This document shows positions 9,347-19,230 of a DNA stretch of 32,000 bases, piece after piece. The notes under the pieces are model-generated. The model saw only the letters and a program-made list of their open reading frames with translations, was not told the DNA's origin and did not search any database. Position numbers and translations under genes: made by a program. Source of the DNA: Deinococcus radiodurans R1 = ATCC 13939 = DSM 20539 (lineage in GTDB: Bacteria > Deinococcota > Deinococci > Deinococcales > Deinococcaceae); NCBI RefSeq assembly GCF_000008565.1, contig NC_001263.1:1231249-1263248 (forward strand), read 5' to 3'. The first letter of the stretch is position 1, and every line of letters begins with the position of its first letter.

Positions 9347-9907
9347 ATGGGTTTTCAAGACAAAGGTCAATCGAAAGTCTACGAACAGGGCTTCACGATT
9401 ATCGAAATTCTGGTCGCCATTGCACTTCTGGGCATCCTGACTGCGGTGCTGACTGCAACTTTGACCGGCTCGCTCAGCCTCAACAGGCAGTCGCAAAAGC
9501 AACTCGACACCACCACGCAGGTTCAGGGCGTCCTGGAAAATGTGCGTGCTGCCTGGAAAACGCAGAGCAACTATGACAATGCCTGTGCCCCCGGCGTCAC
9601 GTTGCCGAGTGGCTACAGCATCAAGTTCATCAACTTGAACTCGCGTGCCGCGCCCCTCAAAGCGGACGGGACCCTCTGGCAGGCGCCTGACCCCAATCCC
9701 ACCAAAGCTGGCCCGCCCAGCAACACAGTCAACGTCCAGGCAACCTGTACAGCGGCAACGGGAGCACAGGTGGGAAGTGGCACAGCTTTGTCGGTGCCTG
9801 CCATGCGACGGCTTGTGGTGCAATCGGGGACGACGGGAACAAACGGCACCCAGGTTGTTGGCCCGCAGGATTTTTCGCTTACTGTCGATGTTCTGAGGCC
9901 GCAATAA
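9347..9907 (+). CDS. Prepilin-type minor pilin (PilV-like)
   Basis: MGFQDKGQSKVYEQG|FTIIEILVAIALLGIL prepilin motif with Glu+5. The ATG directly abuts the previous TGA (9344-9346). 186 aa. Confidence 0.85.
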   Translation: MGFQDKGQSKVYEQGFTIIEILVAIALLGILTAVLTATLTGSLSLNRQSQKQLDTTTQVQGVLENVRAAWKTQSNYDNACAPGVTLPSGYSIKFINLNSRAAPLKADGTLWQAPDPNPTKAGPPSNTVNVQATCTAATGAQVGSGTALSVPAMRRLVVQSGTTGTNGTQVVGPQDFSLTVDVLRPQ

Positions 9908-10788
9908 TGAACTGCTCAGAAACGCAAATGAAGTCTGAGGGGTTTACCCTCGTCGAGTTGCTCGTGGCTCTGGCGCTCCTGGGCATCGTGCTTTCGGCAC
10001 TCGTGACTTTCTTCAGCCAGGGCAGTCGGGTCTCGACCCAGTCCAGCAGCCGCGCCGAATTGCAACAAGAAGTTCTGAATGCTCAGCAGTTGATCGTCGG
10101 CAAGCTCAAGGAAGCCTGGTACATCTATCCAGCAGGGCAGACGTTGCAACTTGGAAGTTCGTCGACCAGCACGGCGAACCTCCGACAAAATCCGGTGACT
10201 GGAACGCCCCGGGGTGGCTTCGCCAACTGGTTGACCGGCACGGACCCCATTCTGGCCGTCATCCTGCCGCCCAAGTCGGTGGGGACTTGCCCCACGACGG
10301 CGCCGGGCGGCGGCAGCGGCGCGGAATTCTGTTACCGTTTTTTTGCGTACTATCCAGTGAAACGCTCAACGTGGGTGAGTGGAACTGGTGGCACGACTGC
10401 GCCCACAGCGAGCAATCCAGGCGATGAGCCGAACAACGACGCGGTCTGGGTGTTGGCCGAGTATCGTAAGACGCTCTATGGCTTTAGCTCAGGGGATACA
10501 GTCCCGACCACGACACTAGATGGTGGCGATGCCAACCTCTTGACCGATTACATCGCTCCCACTGTCGTCACTACTGGTTTTACGACCTCGGCCAATACCT
10601 ACACCATGTTTGACCTCAAGTCGGCGAGTGGCACAGTAACTTCGGGCGCCAATCCCGTTACCGGCGTTACCCTCAACCTCGCCACCATCCGCAATACGGG
10701 CGGTAAAGTCCTCCGACTGCCCGACGCTACCGGCACCTACAGCATCACCATCTATCCCACGAACCTCGGCAAAGTCGCGGCCAACTGA
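9907..10788 (+). CDS. Prepilin-type minor pilin (PilW-like)
   Basis: MNCSETQMKSEG|FTLVELLVALALLGIV prepilin motif with Glu+5. The ATG shares one nt with the previous TAA (TAATG), and a GAGG lies 10 nt upstream. 293 aa. Confidence 0.85.
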   Translation: MNCSETQMKSEGFTLVELLVALALLGIVLSALVTFFSQGSRVSTQSSSRAELQQEVLNAQQLIVGKLKEAWYIYPAGQTLQLGSSSTSTANLRQNPVTGTPRGGFANWLTGTDPILAVILPPKSVGTCPTTAPGGGSGAEFCYRFFAYYPVKRSTWVSGTGGTTAPTASNPGDEPNNDAVWVLAEYRKTLYGFSSGDTVPTTTLDGGDANLLTDYIAPTVVTTGFTTSANTYTMFDLKSASGTVTSGANPVTGVTLNLATIRNTGGKVLRLPDATGTYSITIYPTNLGKVAAN

Positions 10789-10819
10789 ACCGCCTTTGCC
10801 CTTGCCTGAGCCTCTGCCT

Positions 10820-12574
10820 ATGCCCCGGCGGAGGCTTTACACTTGCCGCATGCTCGTGTCCAGCCCGGTTCAGCATCTCCTGTCACGCGAGCGCGAACTG
10901 CTCGGGGACCTGCAAGCATTTCTGGAAAGCCAGGGCGCTCCGCCCGAGGTGATCGAACATGCCCGCACGGCGACCCGGATGCTCGACGAGGCTTTTTTGC
11001 TGGTGGTGGTCGGTGAATTCAATGCCGGCAAGAGCAGCTTCGTCAATGCGCTGCTCGGCGCGCAGGTGCTGCCGGAGGGCGTTACGCCGACCACCGACCG
11101 CATTTACGTGCTCGTGCATGGCGACACGCCGGGACAGCTCGAACCCACCCGCGATCCTTTCGTCAGCCGCCTGACCCATCCGCTGCCCAGCCTGGAAGGA
11201 GTAGCGCTGGTGGACACGCCCGGCACCAACGCGATCATCCGGCAGCATCAGGCGCTGACCGAGGGCTTTTTGCCGCGCGCCGACCTCGTGCTGTTTCTGA
11301 CGAGTGCCGACCGGCCCTTCACTGAGTCCGAGCGGCAGTTCCTGGCCCTCGCCGCTCGCTGGGGCCGCAGCGTCATCATGGTCGTGAACAAGGCCGACCT
11401 GCTCGAAACCCCTGAGCAGGCCGAGCAGGTCCGCGCCTTCGTGGAAACGGGCGCGCGGGGCGTGCTGGGCCTCAATCCGCCGGTTTTTCTGGTGAGTGCC
11501 CGGCGCGAGCAGCGTGGGGGAGACGCGGGCTTCGCGGCCCTGCGAGACGCCCTGCGCGACCGGCTTTCGGAAACCGAGCGGGCGCGGCTCAAGCTCGCTT
11601 CCCCGCTGGGCACGGCGGCCGAGCTGCTGGGCGGCGAGGAACGGCGCAGCGCGGCGGCGCGGGCCACCCTGCAAGAAGACCTCGGCATCCTGCACGATCT
11701 GGAGCGGCAGCGCGAGCGGCACCGTGAAACGATGCGGGGTGAACTCGACGCGCAGCTCGGGCGGGTGGGACGGCTGCTCAGCGAGTTCGAAGTGCGGGCC
11801 GACAAATTCATTGACGACAAGCTGCGCTTCGGGAACTTGCGCGGCCTGATGAACTCGCGCGACCTCGAAGAGCAGTTCCGGCGCGAGGCGGTGGCCGAGT
11901 TGCCGGCGGCCATTGAGCGGCAGTTCGGAGCCATGATCGACCGCTTCGTCGAGACCAACCTGCATTTCTGGGAGGACGTGCAGGCGCTGCTGATTCGCCG
12001 CCAGCCCAGCAGCGAGGTGGCCCGCACGCGCTTTTCCTATGACCGGGGGGCGCTGCTCGAAGGCATCGGCGGCAGCGCCCGCGAGCAACTCGCCACGACC
12101 ACCGAGCATCAGCTCGCCCGGCAGTTCTCGCAGGACGCTGAGGACGCCATGAAAGGCGTGATCGGCGGGCTGGCGGGGGGCGTGGGCCTCGGCGCGGGCG
12201 TCGGCGCTCTGATCGGGGCCACCGCCTTCGACTTTACCGGGGGCATCCTGGCGGGGCTCACGTTGGGCAGCCTCGGCCTGCTGCTGCTCCCCGGCAAACG
12301 CACCCAGGCGCACCGGCAACTGCGGCAGAAGGTGGCTGAGCTGCGCGAGACACTTGAGCGCATCGTCCGCCGCGAGTACGAGCAGGAGCAGGAACGCGCC
12401 GACGCCCGGCTGAATGACGCGACCCAGCCCTACATCCGCTTCACCGAGCAGCAGCGCGAGCAACTGGGCAGCGCGGGCGAGCGCTCGGCGGAGTTGCGCT
12501 CGCGGGTCGAGGCCTTACAAGCCGAAGTGGCGCGGCTCGGCAAGGACGTGACTGCGCCTCAATCAGCCCAGTAA
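10820..12574 (+). CDS. Bacterial dynamin-like GTPase
   Basis: G1 GEFNAGKSS, G3 DTPG, G4 NKAD. Long helical stalk, a Gly-rich hydrophobic paddle (GVIGGLAGGVGLGAGVGALIGATAFDFTGGILAGLTLGSLGLLLLPG) and a C-terminal coiled coil. The start is uncertain: TTG 10796, ATG 10820 or ATG 10850. Confidence 0.85.
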   Translation: MPRRRLYTCRMLVSSPVQHLLSRERELLGDLQAFLESQGAPPEVIEHARTATRMLDEAFLLVVVGEFNAGKSSFVNALLGAQVLPEGVTPTTDRIYVLVHGDTPGQLEPTRDPFVSRLTHPLPSLEGVALVDTPGTNAIIRQHQALTEGFLPRADLVLFLTSADRPFTESERQFLALAARWGRSVIMVVNKADLLETPEQAEQVRAFVETGARGVLGLNPPVFLVSARREQRGGDAGFAALRDALRDRLSETERARLKLASPLGTAAELLGGEERRSAAARATLQEDLGILHDLERQRERHRETMRGELDAQLGRVGRLLSEFEVRADKFIDDKLRFGNLRGLMNSRDLEEQFRREAVAELPAAIERQFGAMIDRFVETNLHFWEDVQALLIRRQPSSEVARTRFSYDRGALLEGIGGSAREQLATTTEHQLARQFSQDAEDAMKGVIGGLAGGVGLGAGVGALIGATAFDFTGGILAGLTLGSLGLLLLPGKRTQAHRQLRQKVAELRETLERIVRREYEQEQERADARLNDATQPYIRFTEQQREQLGSAGERSAELRSRVEALQAEVARLGKDVTAPQSAQ

Positions 12575-12649
12575 AAAACAGCTTCAACGGCGGCTGTTCC
12601 CGGCGCGGTGCCGGTTTTCGTGGCGCCTAACCCTGTTAGCCTGCCGCTT

Positions 12650-13561
12650 ATGAGTGCCCCGTCTTCACCTGCCGCCGCGTCTCCCGTGCGGGTCGCCGCC
12701 ATCGGGGTGGGGGTGGCGCTGCTGGTGCTGGGGCTAAAGTTCCTCGCTTACCGCCTGACCGGCAGTGTAGCGCTGTTTTCCGATGCACTCGAAAGCATCA
12801 TCAACGTGGTGTCCGCAGGTGGGGCGCTGCTGGCGCTGTGGGTGGCGGCCCGGCCCGCCGACGCCTCGCATCCCTACGGGCATACCAAGGCCGAATACCT
12901 CAGTGCGGTGGTCGAAGGCGTGCTGATCGTGCTCGCCGCGCTGAGTATCCTGCGGGTGGCAGTGCCCGAGCTCTCGCACCCCCGCGCGGTGGACGCGCCC
13001 TGGCTGGGGCTGGGCGTCAACATGGGCGCCAGCGTCATCAATCTGGTGTGGGCGAACGTCCTCCTCCGCATCGGGCAGGCGAGCCGCAGCCCAGCGCTGA
13101 TTGCCGACGGCAAACATGTGATGAGCGACGTGGTGACGAGCGTGGGCGTCCTGATTGGAGTGGTTCTGGCCCGCTTGACCGGCTGGCACATCCTTGACCC
13201 GCTGCTTGCGCTGCTGGTCGCGCTCAATATCCTCTGGAGCGGCTGGGGCCTGCTCAGCAGCAGCGTCGGCGGCCTGATGGACGCGGGCGTGGACCCCCAC
13301 ACCGACGCGCAGTTGCGCCGCGTCATCAGCGAGGAGGCGACTGGCGCGCTGGAAATCCACGACCTGCGCACCCGGCATTCGGGGCAGGTCACCTTCGTCG
13401 AGTTTCACCTCGTGGTCCCCAGCGAGATGACGGTGCGCGATGCCCACACCATCTGTGACCGACTGGAAGATGCCGTCCAGGGCGTCATCGCCGGCGCCAA
13501 CGTCACCATTCACGTGGAGCCGCAGGATCAGGCCAAGCACTGCGGCGTGCTGGTGGTTTGA
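12650..13561 (+). CDS. Cation diffusion facilitator (CDF) family metal efflux transporter
   Basis: SVALFSDALESIINVVSAGG...ADASHPYGHTKAEYLSAVVEG plus a C-terminal cytoplasmic domain (IHDLRTRHSGQVTFVEFHLVV) are CDF hallmarks. ATG at 12650; an upstream GTG at 12608 is possible. Confidence 0.9.
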   Translation: MSAPSSPAAASPVRVAAIGVGVALLVLGLKFLAYRLTGSVALFSDALESIINVVSAGGALLALWVAARPADASHPYGHTKAEYLSAVVEGVLIVLAALSILRVAVPELSHPRAVDAPWLGLGVNMGASVINLVWANVLLRIGQASRSPALIADGKHVMSDVVTSVGVLIGVVLARLTGWHILDPLLALLVALNILWSGWGLLSSSVGGLMDAGVDPHTDAQLRRVISEEATGALEIHDLRTRHSGQVTFVEFHLVVPSEMTVRDAHTICDRLEDAVQGVIAGANVTIHVEPQDQAKHCGVLVV

Positions 13562-13576
13562 CCCGCCTATTTACGG

Positions 13577-14611
13577 CTACAACTCGGCCAGGGCGCTCAT
13601 GCCGCGAGCGTACCCTTGCACTGCACTCCGCCGGACGCCGTGCAGCAGGCCGCTCACCAGCCCGAAACCGCGCAAGGCGACCTCGTGGTGGCTGCTGATA
13701 CGCAGCATCACCCGGTCGTCGGCGTCACGTTCGATCAGCAGCCGCTCCCACAGTTGATAGACCTGCCCGTCGAGGCTGCCCAGGGTAAAGCCCCAGACGT
13801 GGTCGCTTTCTTGCAAGGTCAGTACCCGGCATCCTTGCAGCACGGTCACCAGCCCGGCCCGCTGCTCCAGCAGCACGTCGCGCCCGACCACCGGGGGGCC
13901 GTGGGTGTGCACCTTGACCCCCGACTGCCGGTGCGGACGCCATGACCACAGCGCCGAGCGGGCGTTGAGAAAGGTGGCCTCGCCCTGCCCGAGTTCGAGC
14001 GTGACCCGCACGTGGGAGGACGTGCCGATGTCGGGCAATGCCGGCTCGTGCTCAGCCAGCGCTTGCAGTGAGGCGTCTATCGTGTCCTGGTCGGCGGTGC
14101 CCAGCACGTAGGGCCGGGGAGAAGCGGGCGGCAGATCATCGAAATCGGCGTCCTCCGCCGCGTTCTGGGCGGGCAGCGCGTCGTGGCGTCCTCGCTGGCT
14201 GGCTGGAAGGAGGGCCCAGTCGGCGGAAGGGGCTGGCATCGGCTCAGCAGGTGCTGTCTCGTCTGGGGGCAGACGGTAAGCCGGCCGCTCAGGAGTTTCG
14301 AGCAGTTGCATCAGTTGCAACTGACCCAGGCTGCTCAGGCCGGGCGCCGCCGGTCCGCTCAGGCAGCGGTCCCCCTGCGAGCGCAGGCCCTGGCCAGGGT
14401 CGAGCAGCGCTTCGAGAGGCGAGACATCTAAGGTGTCCAGCGTGGCCGGCAATTGCGGGTGTGATACTGTTTCCGTCTCTACGGCGGCTTGTTCCGGTTG
14501 CTCCTGCTCCTGGGCAGGCCGAGTCTCCCAGCCGCGTCCCCGACCCCTGCGCCGCTTCGTCGGTTCGGGGGGCCGGAGCAAAGCGTCGGGGTCGGCGGGC
14601 GGCGGGCTCAC
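13577..14611 (-). CDS. Hypothetical protein: disordered Pro/Glu/Leu-rich N-terminal half plus DUF1990-like C-terminal domain (tentative)
   Basis: 344-aa ORF with a GTG start and high third-position GC throughout. The C-terminal roughly 150 aa (LELGQGEATFLNARSALWSWRPHRQSGVKV...HVWGFTLGSLDGQ...) resemble DUF1990/UPF0548 as I remember it. The true start could be further downstream. Confidence 0.6.
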   Translation of the reverse strand: MSPPPADPDALLRPPEPTKRRRGRGRGWETRPAQEQEQPEQAAVETETVSHPQLPATLDTLDVSPLEALLDPGQGLRSQGDRCLSGPAAPGLSSLGQLQLMQLLETPERPAYRLPPDETAPAEPMPAPSADWALLPASQRGRHDALPAQNAAEDADFDDLPPASPRPYVLGTADQDTIDASLQALAEHEPALPDIGTSSHVRVTLELGQGEATFLNARSALWSWRPHRQSGVKVHTHGPPVVGRDVLLEQRAGLVTVLQGCRVLTLQESDHVWGFTLGSLDGQVYQLWERLLIERDADDRVMLRISSHHEVALRGFGLVSGLLHGVRRSAVQGYARGMSALAEL

Positions 14612-14687
14612 TCCCGGATTGTCTCACAGGGTTGCCCGGTAAAAGACGAACTTGCACCTTTGTTGATGGGGGCATTCAGGGGCAACC

Positions 14688-15929
<1,242 letters not shown>

Positions 15930-16412
15930 TCAGATGTCTATATCGGGCCGCTTGTGAAACAGCATTGTCCGCTTGCACTGCGCCACCAGTTCGCCGCGCT
16001 GGTTGTAGGTGCGGTGCTCGGCGGTCACGAGGCCCTGCCCGGCGCGGCTTTTGCTCTCGCGGGCTTCGATGATTTCCGACTCGACCCGCAGCGTGTCGCC
16101 GTGAAAGACAGGCTTGGGGAAGGTCACGTCGGTCAGCCCCAGGTTGGCGACGAGTGTGCCCAGGCTGAGTTCGTGCACGCTGATGCCCACCATCAGGGCG
16201 AGCGTCATCATCGAATTGAACAGCGGCTGCCCGAACTCGGTCTTGCTGGCGAAGTCGAAATCGAGGTGCAGCGGCTGCGGGTTCATGGTGAGCGTGGTGA
16301 AGAGGATGTTGTCCGACTCGGTGACCGTCCGGGTGATGCGGTGGCGGATGACGGTGCCGACGGGCAATTCCTCGAAATAGCGGCCAGCGGGGCGGTTCAG
16401 GTCTTCGTTCAT
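15930..16412 (-). CDS. MaoC-like (R)-specific enoyl-CoA hydratase/dehydratase, single hot-dog fold
   Basis: 160 aa. [30 protein letters not shown]...[11 protein letters not shown] is typical MaoC dehydratase. GGAGG lies 5 nt upstream of the ATG at 16412. Confidence 0.9.
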   Translation of the reverse strand: MNEDLNRPAGRYFEELPVGTVIRHRITRTVTESDNILFTTLTMNPQPLHLDFDFASKTEFGQPLFNSMMTLALMVGISVHELSLGTLVANLGLTDVTFPKPVFHGDTLRVESEIIEARESKSRAGQGLVTAEHRTYNQRGELVAQCKRTMLFHKRPDIDI

Positions 16413-16466
16413 GGGGCCTCCAAGCAGAGAGGGTTTGGGGCAAAGAGGGTTTAGGGCAAAGAGCGT

Positions 16467-17321
16467 TCAGGCTTCGTGGCTCAGCAGAGTGCGGGCTTTG
16501 GCGAGCATCGGCTCGTCCACCATCTGCCCCTCAAAACTAAAGGCGCCGTGGCCCCGTTGCGCGGCGGCGGCGGCAGCATCGAGCAGGGCGCGGGCACGGG
16601 CACGGTCGGCCTCGGTCGGCCCGAAATATTCGTGGGCAAGGGCTACCTGCGCCGGATGGATGCAGAGTTTGCCGCTGTAGCCCAGGGCGCGGCCCTGCTC
16701 GGCGTCGGCGCGGAAGGTCTCGGGGTCGTTGAGTGCCGTCACCACGATGTCGAGCGCCGCCACTCCGGTCAGTCGCGCCGCGAGCGCCACCTGTGAGCGG
16801 GCGTAGAGGACTTCCAGTCCCCCCGGCGTGCGCTTGCCGCCCAGGTCAGTGGTGTAGTCCTCGGCACCGAAATAAGCCCAGGCGACCTCGGGCACCTCCA
16901 TGATTTCGCGGGCGTTCCAGACCCCGGCTCCGGTTTCCAGACCCGCCAGGATGGGCAGCGGCAGGCTGCGCTCCTGGAGCATCTGCGCCACCTGCCGCGC
17001 CTCAGCGCCCATTTCCAGTTTGGGAACCACCACGCCGCTCAGTTCGGGGGTCAGCACACTCAGGTCGTCCTCGAAATACGGCGAGTGCAGCGCATTGACC
17101 CGCACGAACACGGCGAGGTGCGGTGCGGCGGCAATGAGGTCACGGGCCGCGTCGTGCGCCACTGGGCGGGCGGCGGCCTTCGCCTCGGCGGTGCCCGGCA
17201 CGGCGTCTTCGAGGTCGATCACCACCGCGTCCGGGGCCGAGCGCGGCAATTTGGCAATCAGGTCGGCACGGTTCCCCGGCGCGAACAGCACCGAGCGGAG
17301 CAGAGCAGGAGGGGCATTCAC
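16467..17321 (-). CDS. CitE-like / HpcH-HpaI family acyl-CoA lyase (citryl-, malyl- or citramalyl-CoA lyase type)
   Basis: 284 aa with a GTG start. [34 protein letters not shown] and [13 protein letters not shown] are CitE beta-subunit family signatures. Confidence 0.9.
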   Translation of the reverse strand: MNAPPALLRSVLFAPGNRADLIAKLPRSAPDAVVIDLEDAVPGTAEAKAAARPVAHDAARDLIAAAPHLAVFVRVNALHSPYFEDDLSVLTPELSGVVVPKLEMGAEARQVAQMLQERSLPLPILAGLETGAGVWNAREIMEVPEVAWAYFGAEDYTTDLGGKRTPGGLEVLYARSQVALAARLTGVAALDIVVTALNDPETFRADAEQGRALGYSGKLCIHPAQVALAHEYFGPTEADRARARALLDAAAAAAQRGHGAFSFEGQMVDEPMLAKARTLLSHEA

Positions 17322-17403
17322 GCGGCACCGTCCGGCAAACGAACGTTTGTTGGCATGGCCGCAGCATAAAGCCCGCTCCGGTAGAAGGCCAGCGCGACCA
17401 GCC

Positions 17404-17619
17404 TCAGTGCGCCACGTCCTGCACCACCGGACGCAGCAACATCTCGTCGATACAGACGTGTGCGGGGGCGCTCAGGCCATCAGCCCCAGCTACTGCGGCG
17501 CCGCTGATGTCCTGCCTTCCGCCAACAACTTGAGCTCCGTGTTGGACGATGCCCAGGCTGATGCCTTTGCTGACGTCGGTCACGGCGACCACGCGGCCCT
17601 GAAGTAGCTTTTTGTTCAC
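17404..17619 (-). CDS. Small hypothetical protein (71 aa)
   Basis: It is the only ORF with ordinary composition in the 420-nt gap, and it has the same orientation as the citE-like gene, 82 nt upstream of it. I recognise no family. Confidence 0.35.
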   Translation of the reverse strand: MNKKLLQGRVVAVTDVSKGISLGIVQHGAQVVGGRQDISGAAVAGADGLSAPAHVCIDEMLLRPVVQDVAH

Positions 17620-17741
17620 TCAGCCAACTCAGCAAAGTAACCGCTGCAACCGCTATGGGATGACCGGCGAATGACCCACCATGCACATTCCTCATAGAAG
17701 CTTCATGGCGGCATTTGGTGCAGCGGGTAGGGTAGGCGGCA

Positions 17742-18284
17742 ATGACTCGTGCGTTTCCGATTTCCATGCGTGCTCTTCGCGTCAGCGCTCTGGGCTTCCT
17801 TATCGCGGGCCTGGCATCGGCGGCGCCGCTGAAGCTGAGCAACCTGCCGGTGACGGTGGAGCCCAACGAAAAACTGTTGACCCTGACCCCGGCGGGCATT
17901 CGCAGCGCCTTTCCCTCGGCGGCGGGCCGTCCGGGGGCCGTCTTCATGACCGAGGACCGCAAGGTGAGCGTGGCCCTCGAATGGCGCGCCGGTAAGCTGG
18001 CGCCGAACGAGGTCGAAAAGCTGGTCGCCCAGTTCCCCGCCGTGATTCGCGCTCAGGTGCCCGGCGTCAAGGCACTCAAGGCCGATTTGGTGCAGCTCGG
18101 TGGTCGCTCCTGGGCGCAGTTCATCTTCACCACCCCCGGTCAAGGCGACGACCTGCGCCGCGAACTGCTGATGACGAGCGCGGGGGGCCGGATTCTGGTG
18201 ATGACCATTGCCGGCAACGTGCGCGACTACAGCCGCAATGAGGCGCTGATTCGCAATTTCGCGGGCAACGTGCGGGTCAACTGA
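17742..18284 (+). CDS. Secreted hypothetical protein
   Basis: 180 aa. Signal peptide MTRAFPISMRALRVSALGFLIAGLASAAP, normal composition, no recognisable catalytic motif. Confidence 0.75.
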   Translation: MTRAFPISMRALRVSALGFLIAGLASAAPLKLSNLPVTVEPNEKLLTLTPAGIRSAFPSAAGRPGAVFMTEDRKVSVALEWRAGKLAPNEVEKLVAQFPAVIRAQVPGVKALKADLVQLGGRSWAQFIFTTPGQGDDLRRELLMTSAGGRILVMTIAGNVRDYSRNEALIRNFAGNVRVN

Positions 18285-18393
18285 GGCCCGTCCAACTTCC
18301 CCTGCTTCGTTACCCGCGCGGTTCCCGCCCCGCAATGCGGTTCCTGCTCCTTCAAGGGGCCGGGCACGGGAAGTACAAGTACACTGCCAGACC

Positions 18394-19230
18394 GTGCTGA
18401 CCCTGCCTGCGCCTGAACCCATCGCCCACATGGAAGTGACGTCCTACCGCGCGGGCGTGCAGGGCGGTTCTGGCCTGTGGCGCGGGCAGGCGGTCTATGT
18501 CAAAACGCTGGTCAGCGACGATCCCGATCGGGTGGCGATGTTTCACCATGAGGGCGCGGTGGCGGCGCGGCTCTCACATCCGCTGGTGACGCCACTGCTG
18601 GCGCACACGCCCAATCAGTTGATTTTTCCGCTGCTGCGCGGTGGCACCTTACGCGATTTGGTGCGCTGCGGCCCGCTGGACGCCGACGCGGCCACCCAGG
18701 TGACCTGGGGCGTGCTGCAAGCCGTGTCGCACCTGCATGGCCGGGGCGTCACCCACCACGACCTCAAGCCGGAGAACGTGCTGCTCATCGGCGGGCAGTC
18801 TCAGGTCGAGGCTGTGCGTCTCATCGATTTCGGCATGAGCCACGCGGCGGGGTTGCCGCTCGACATCCACTCGGGCACCCGCATGGGCACGCCGCAGTTC
18901 ATGGCCCCCGAGCAGTTTCAGGGCGTCCGGGGCGACCCGCGCAGCGACCTGTACTCGGTGGGCGTGCTGCTGTTCGATTGCCTCGCTGGGCATCCACCCT
19001 ACGCCGACGCCCTGGGCTGGCTGGTCGGTATCAGCGAGGAACGGGCCGCCGCGCCCGGCCCCAGCGCCTTGCACCCGCTGATGCTGCGCGCCATTCAGCG
19101 CGACCGCGACAGCAGGCCGCAATCCGCCGCTGAGATGCTGGCCGCGCTGGCAGACGCCCGGCAACAACTGGGCTTACCGGAGCTGGAACACATCGCCCCG
19201 GAAGGTCAAACGGCGGGGGAGAACGCCTGA
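18394..19230 (+). CDS. Hanks-type Ser/Thr protein kinase, kinase domain only (non-RD)
   Basis: Gly-rich loop AGVQGGSGLW, Lys in AVYVKTL, catalytic loop HHDLKPENVLL (HHD instead of HRD), DFG, GTPQFMAPEQ. GTG at 18394 or ATG at 18430. Its TGA overlaps the holA ATG. Confidence 0.85.
   Translation: MLTLPAPEPIAHMEVTSYRAGVQGGSGLWRGQAVYVKTLVSDDPDRVAMFHHEGAVAARLSHPLVTPLLAHTPNQLIFPLLRGGTLRDLVRCGPLDADAATQVTWGVLQAVSHLHGRGVTHHDLKPENVLLIGGQSQVEAVRLIDFGMSHAAGLPLDIHSGTRMGTPQFMAPEQFQGVRGDPRSDLYSVGVLLFDCLAGHPPYADALGWLVGISEERAAAPGPSALHPLMLRAIQRDRDSRPQSAAEMLAALADARQQLGLPELEHIAPEGQTAGENA

Noticed and set aside
6594-10788. Lower-GC block considered as a mobile element or prophage remnant
   Set aside because: There is no integrase, transposase, tRNA or flanking direct repeats that I could find by eye. 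The content is a coherent pilin operon. It is kept as a compositional observation only.
10883-12463. 526-aa ORF antisense to the dynamin-like gene. Likewise 14724..15887 (antisense to homocitrate synthase), 20270..21994 (antisense to pepP), 28590..29837 (antisense to the acyl-CoA dehydrogenase), 30259..31794 (antisense to the PQQ dehydrogenase), 23181..24188 (antisense to sucD) and 26474..27562 (antisense to the dehydrogenase gene)
   Set aside because: In every case the opposite strand carries a protein with clear family motifs. The antisense translations are low-complexity Arg/Gly/Ala/His-rich with no recognisable domains.
12577-12598. Hairpin AACAGC-ttcaacggcg-GCTGTT after the dynamin-like gene as a terminator
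   Set aside because: The stem is only 6 bp, the loop is 10 nt, and it is followed by CCCGG rather than a U-run.
18318-18348. Direct repeat GCGGTTCC ... GCGGTTCC upstream of the Ser/Thr kinase
   Set aside because: It is 8 bp, present in two copies only, and GC-rich, so it is compatible with chance.
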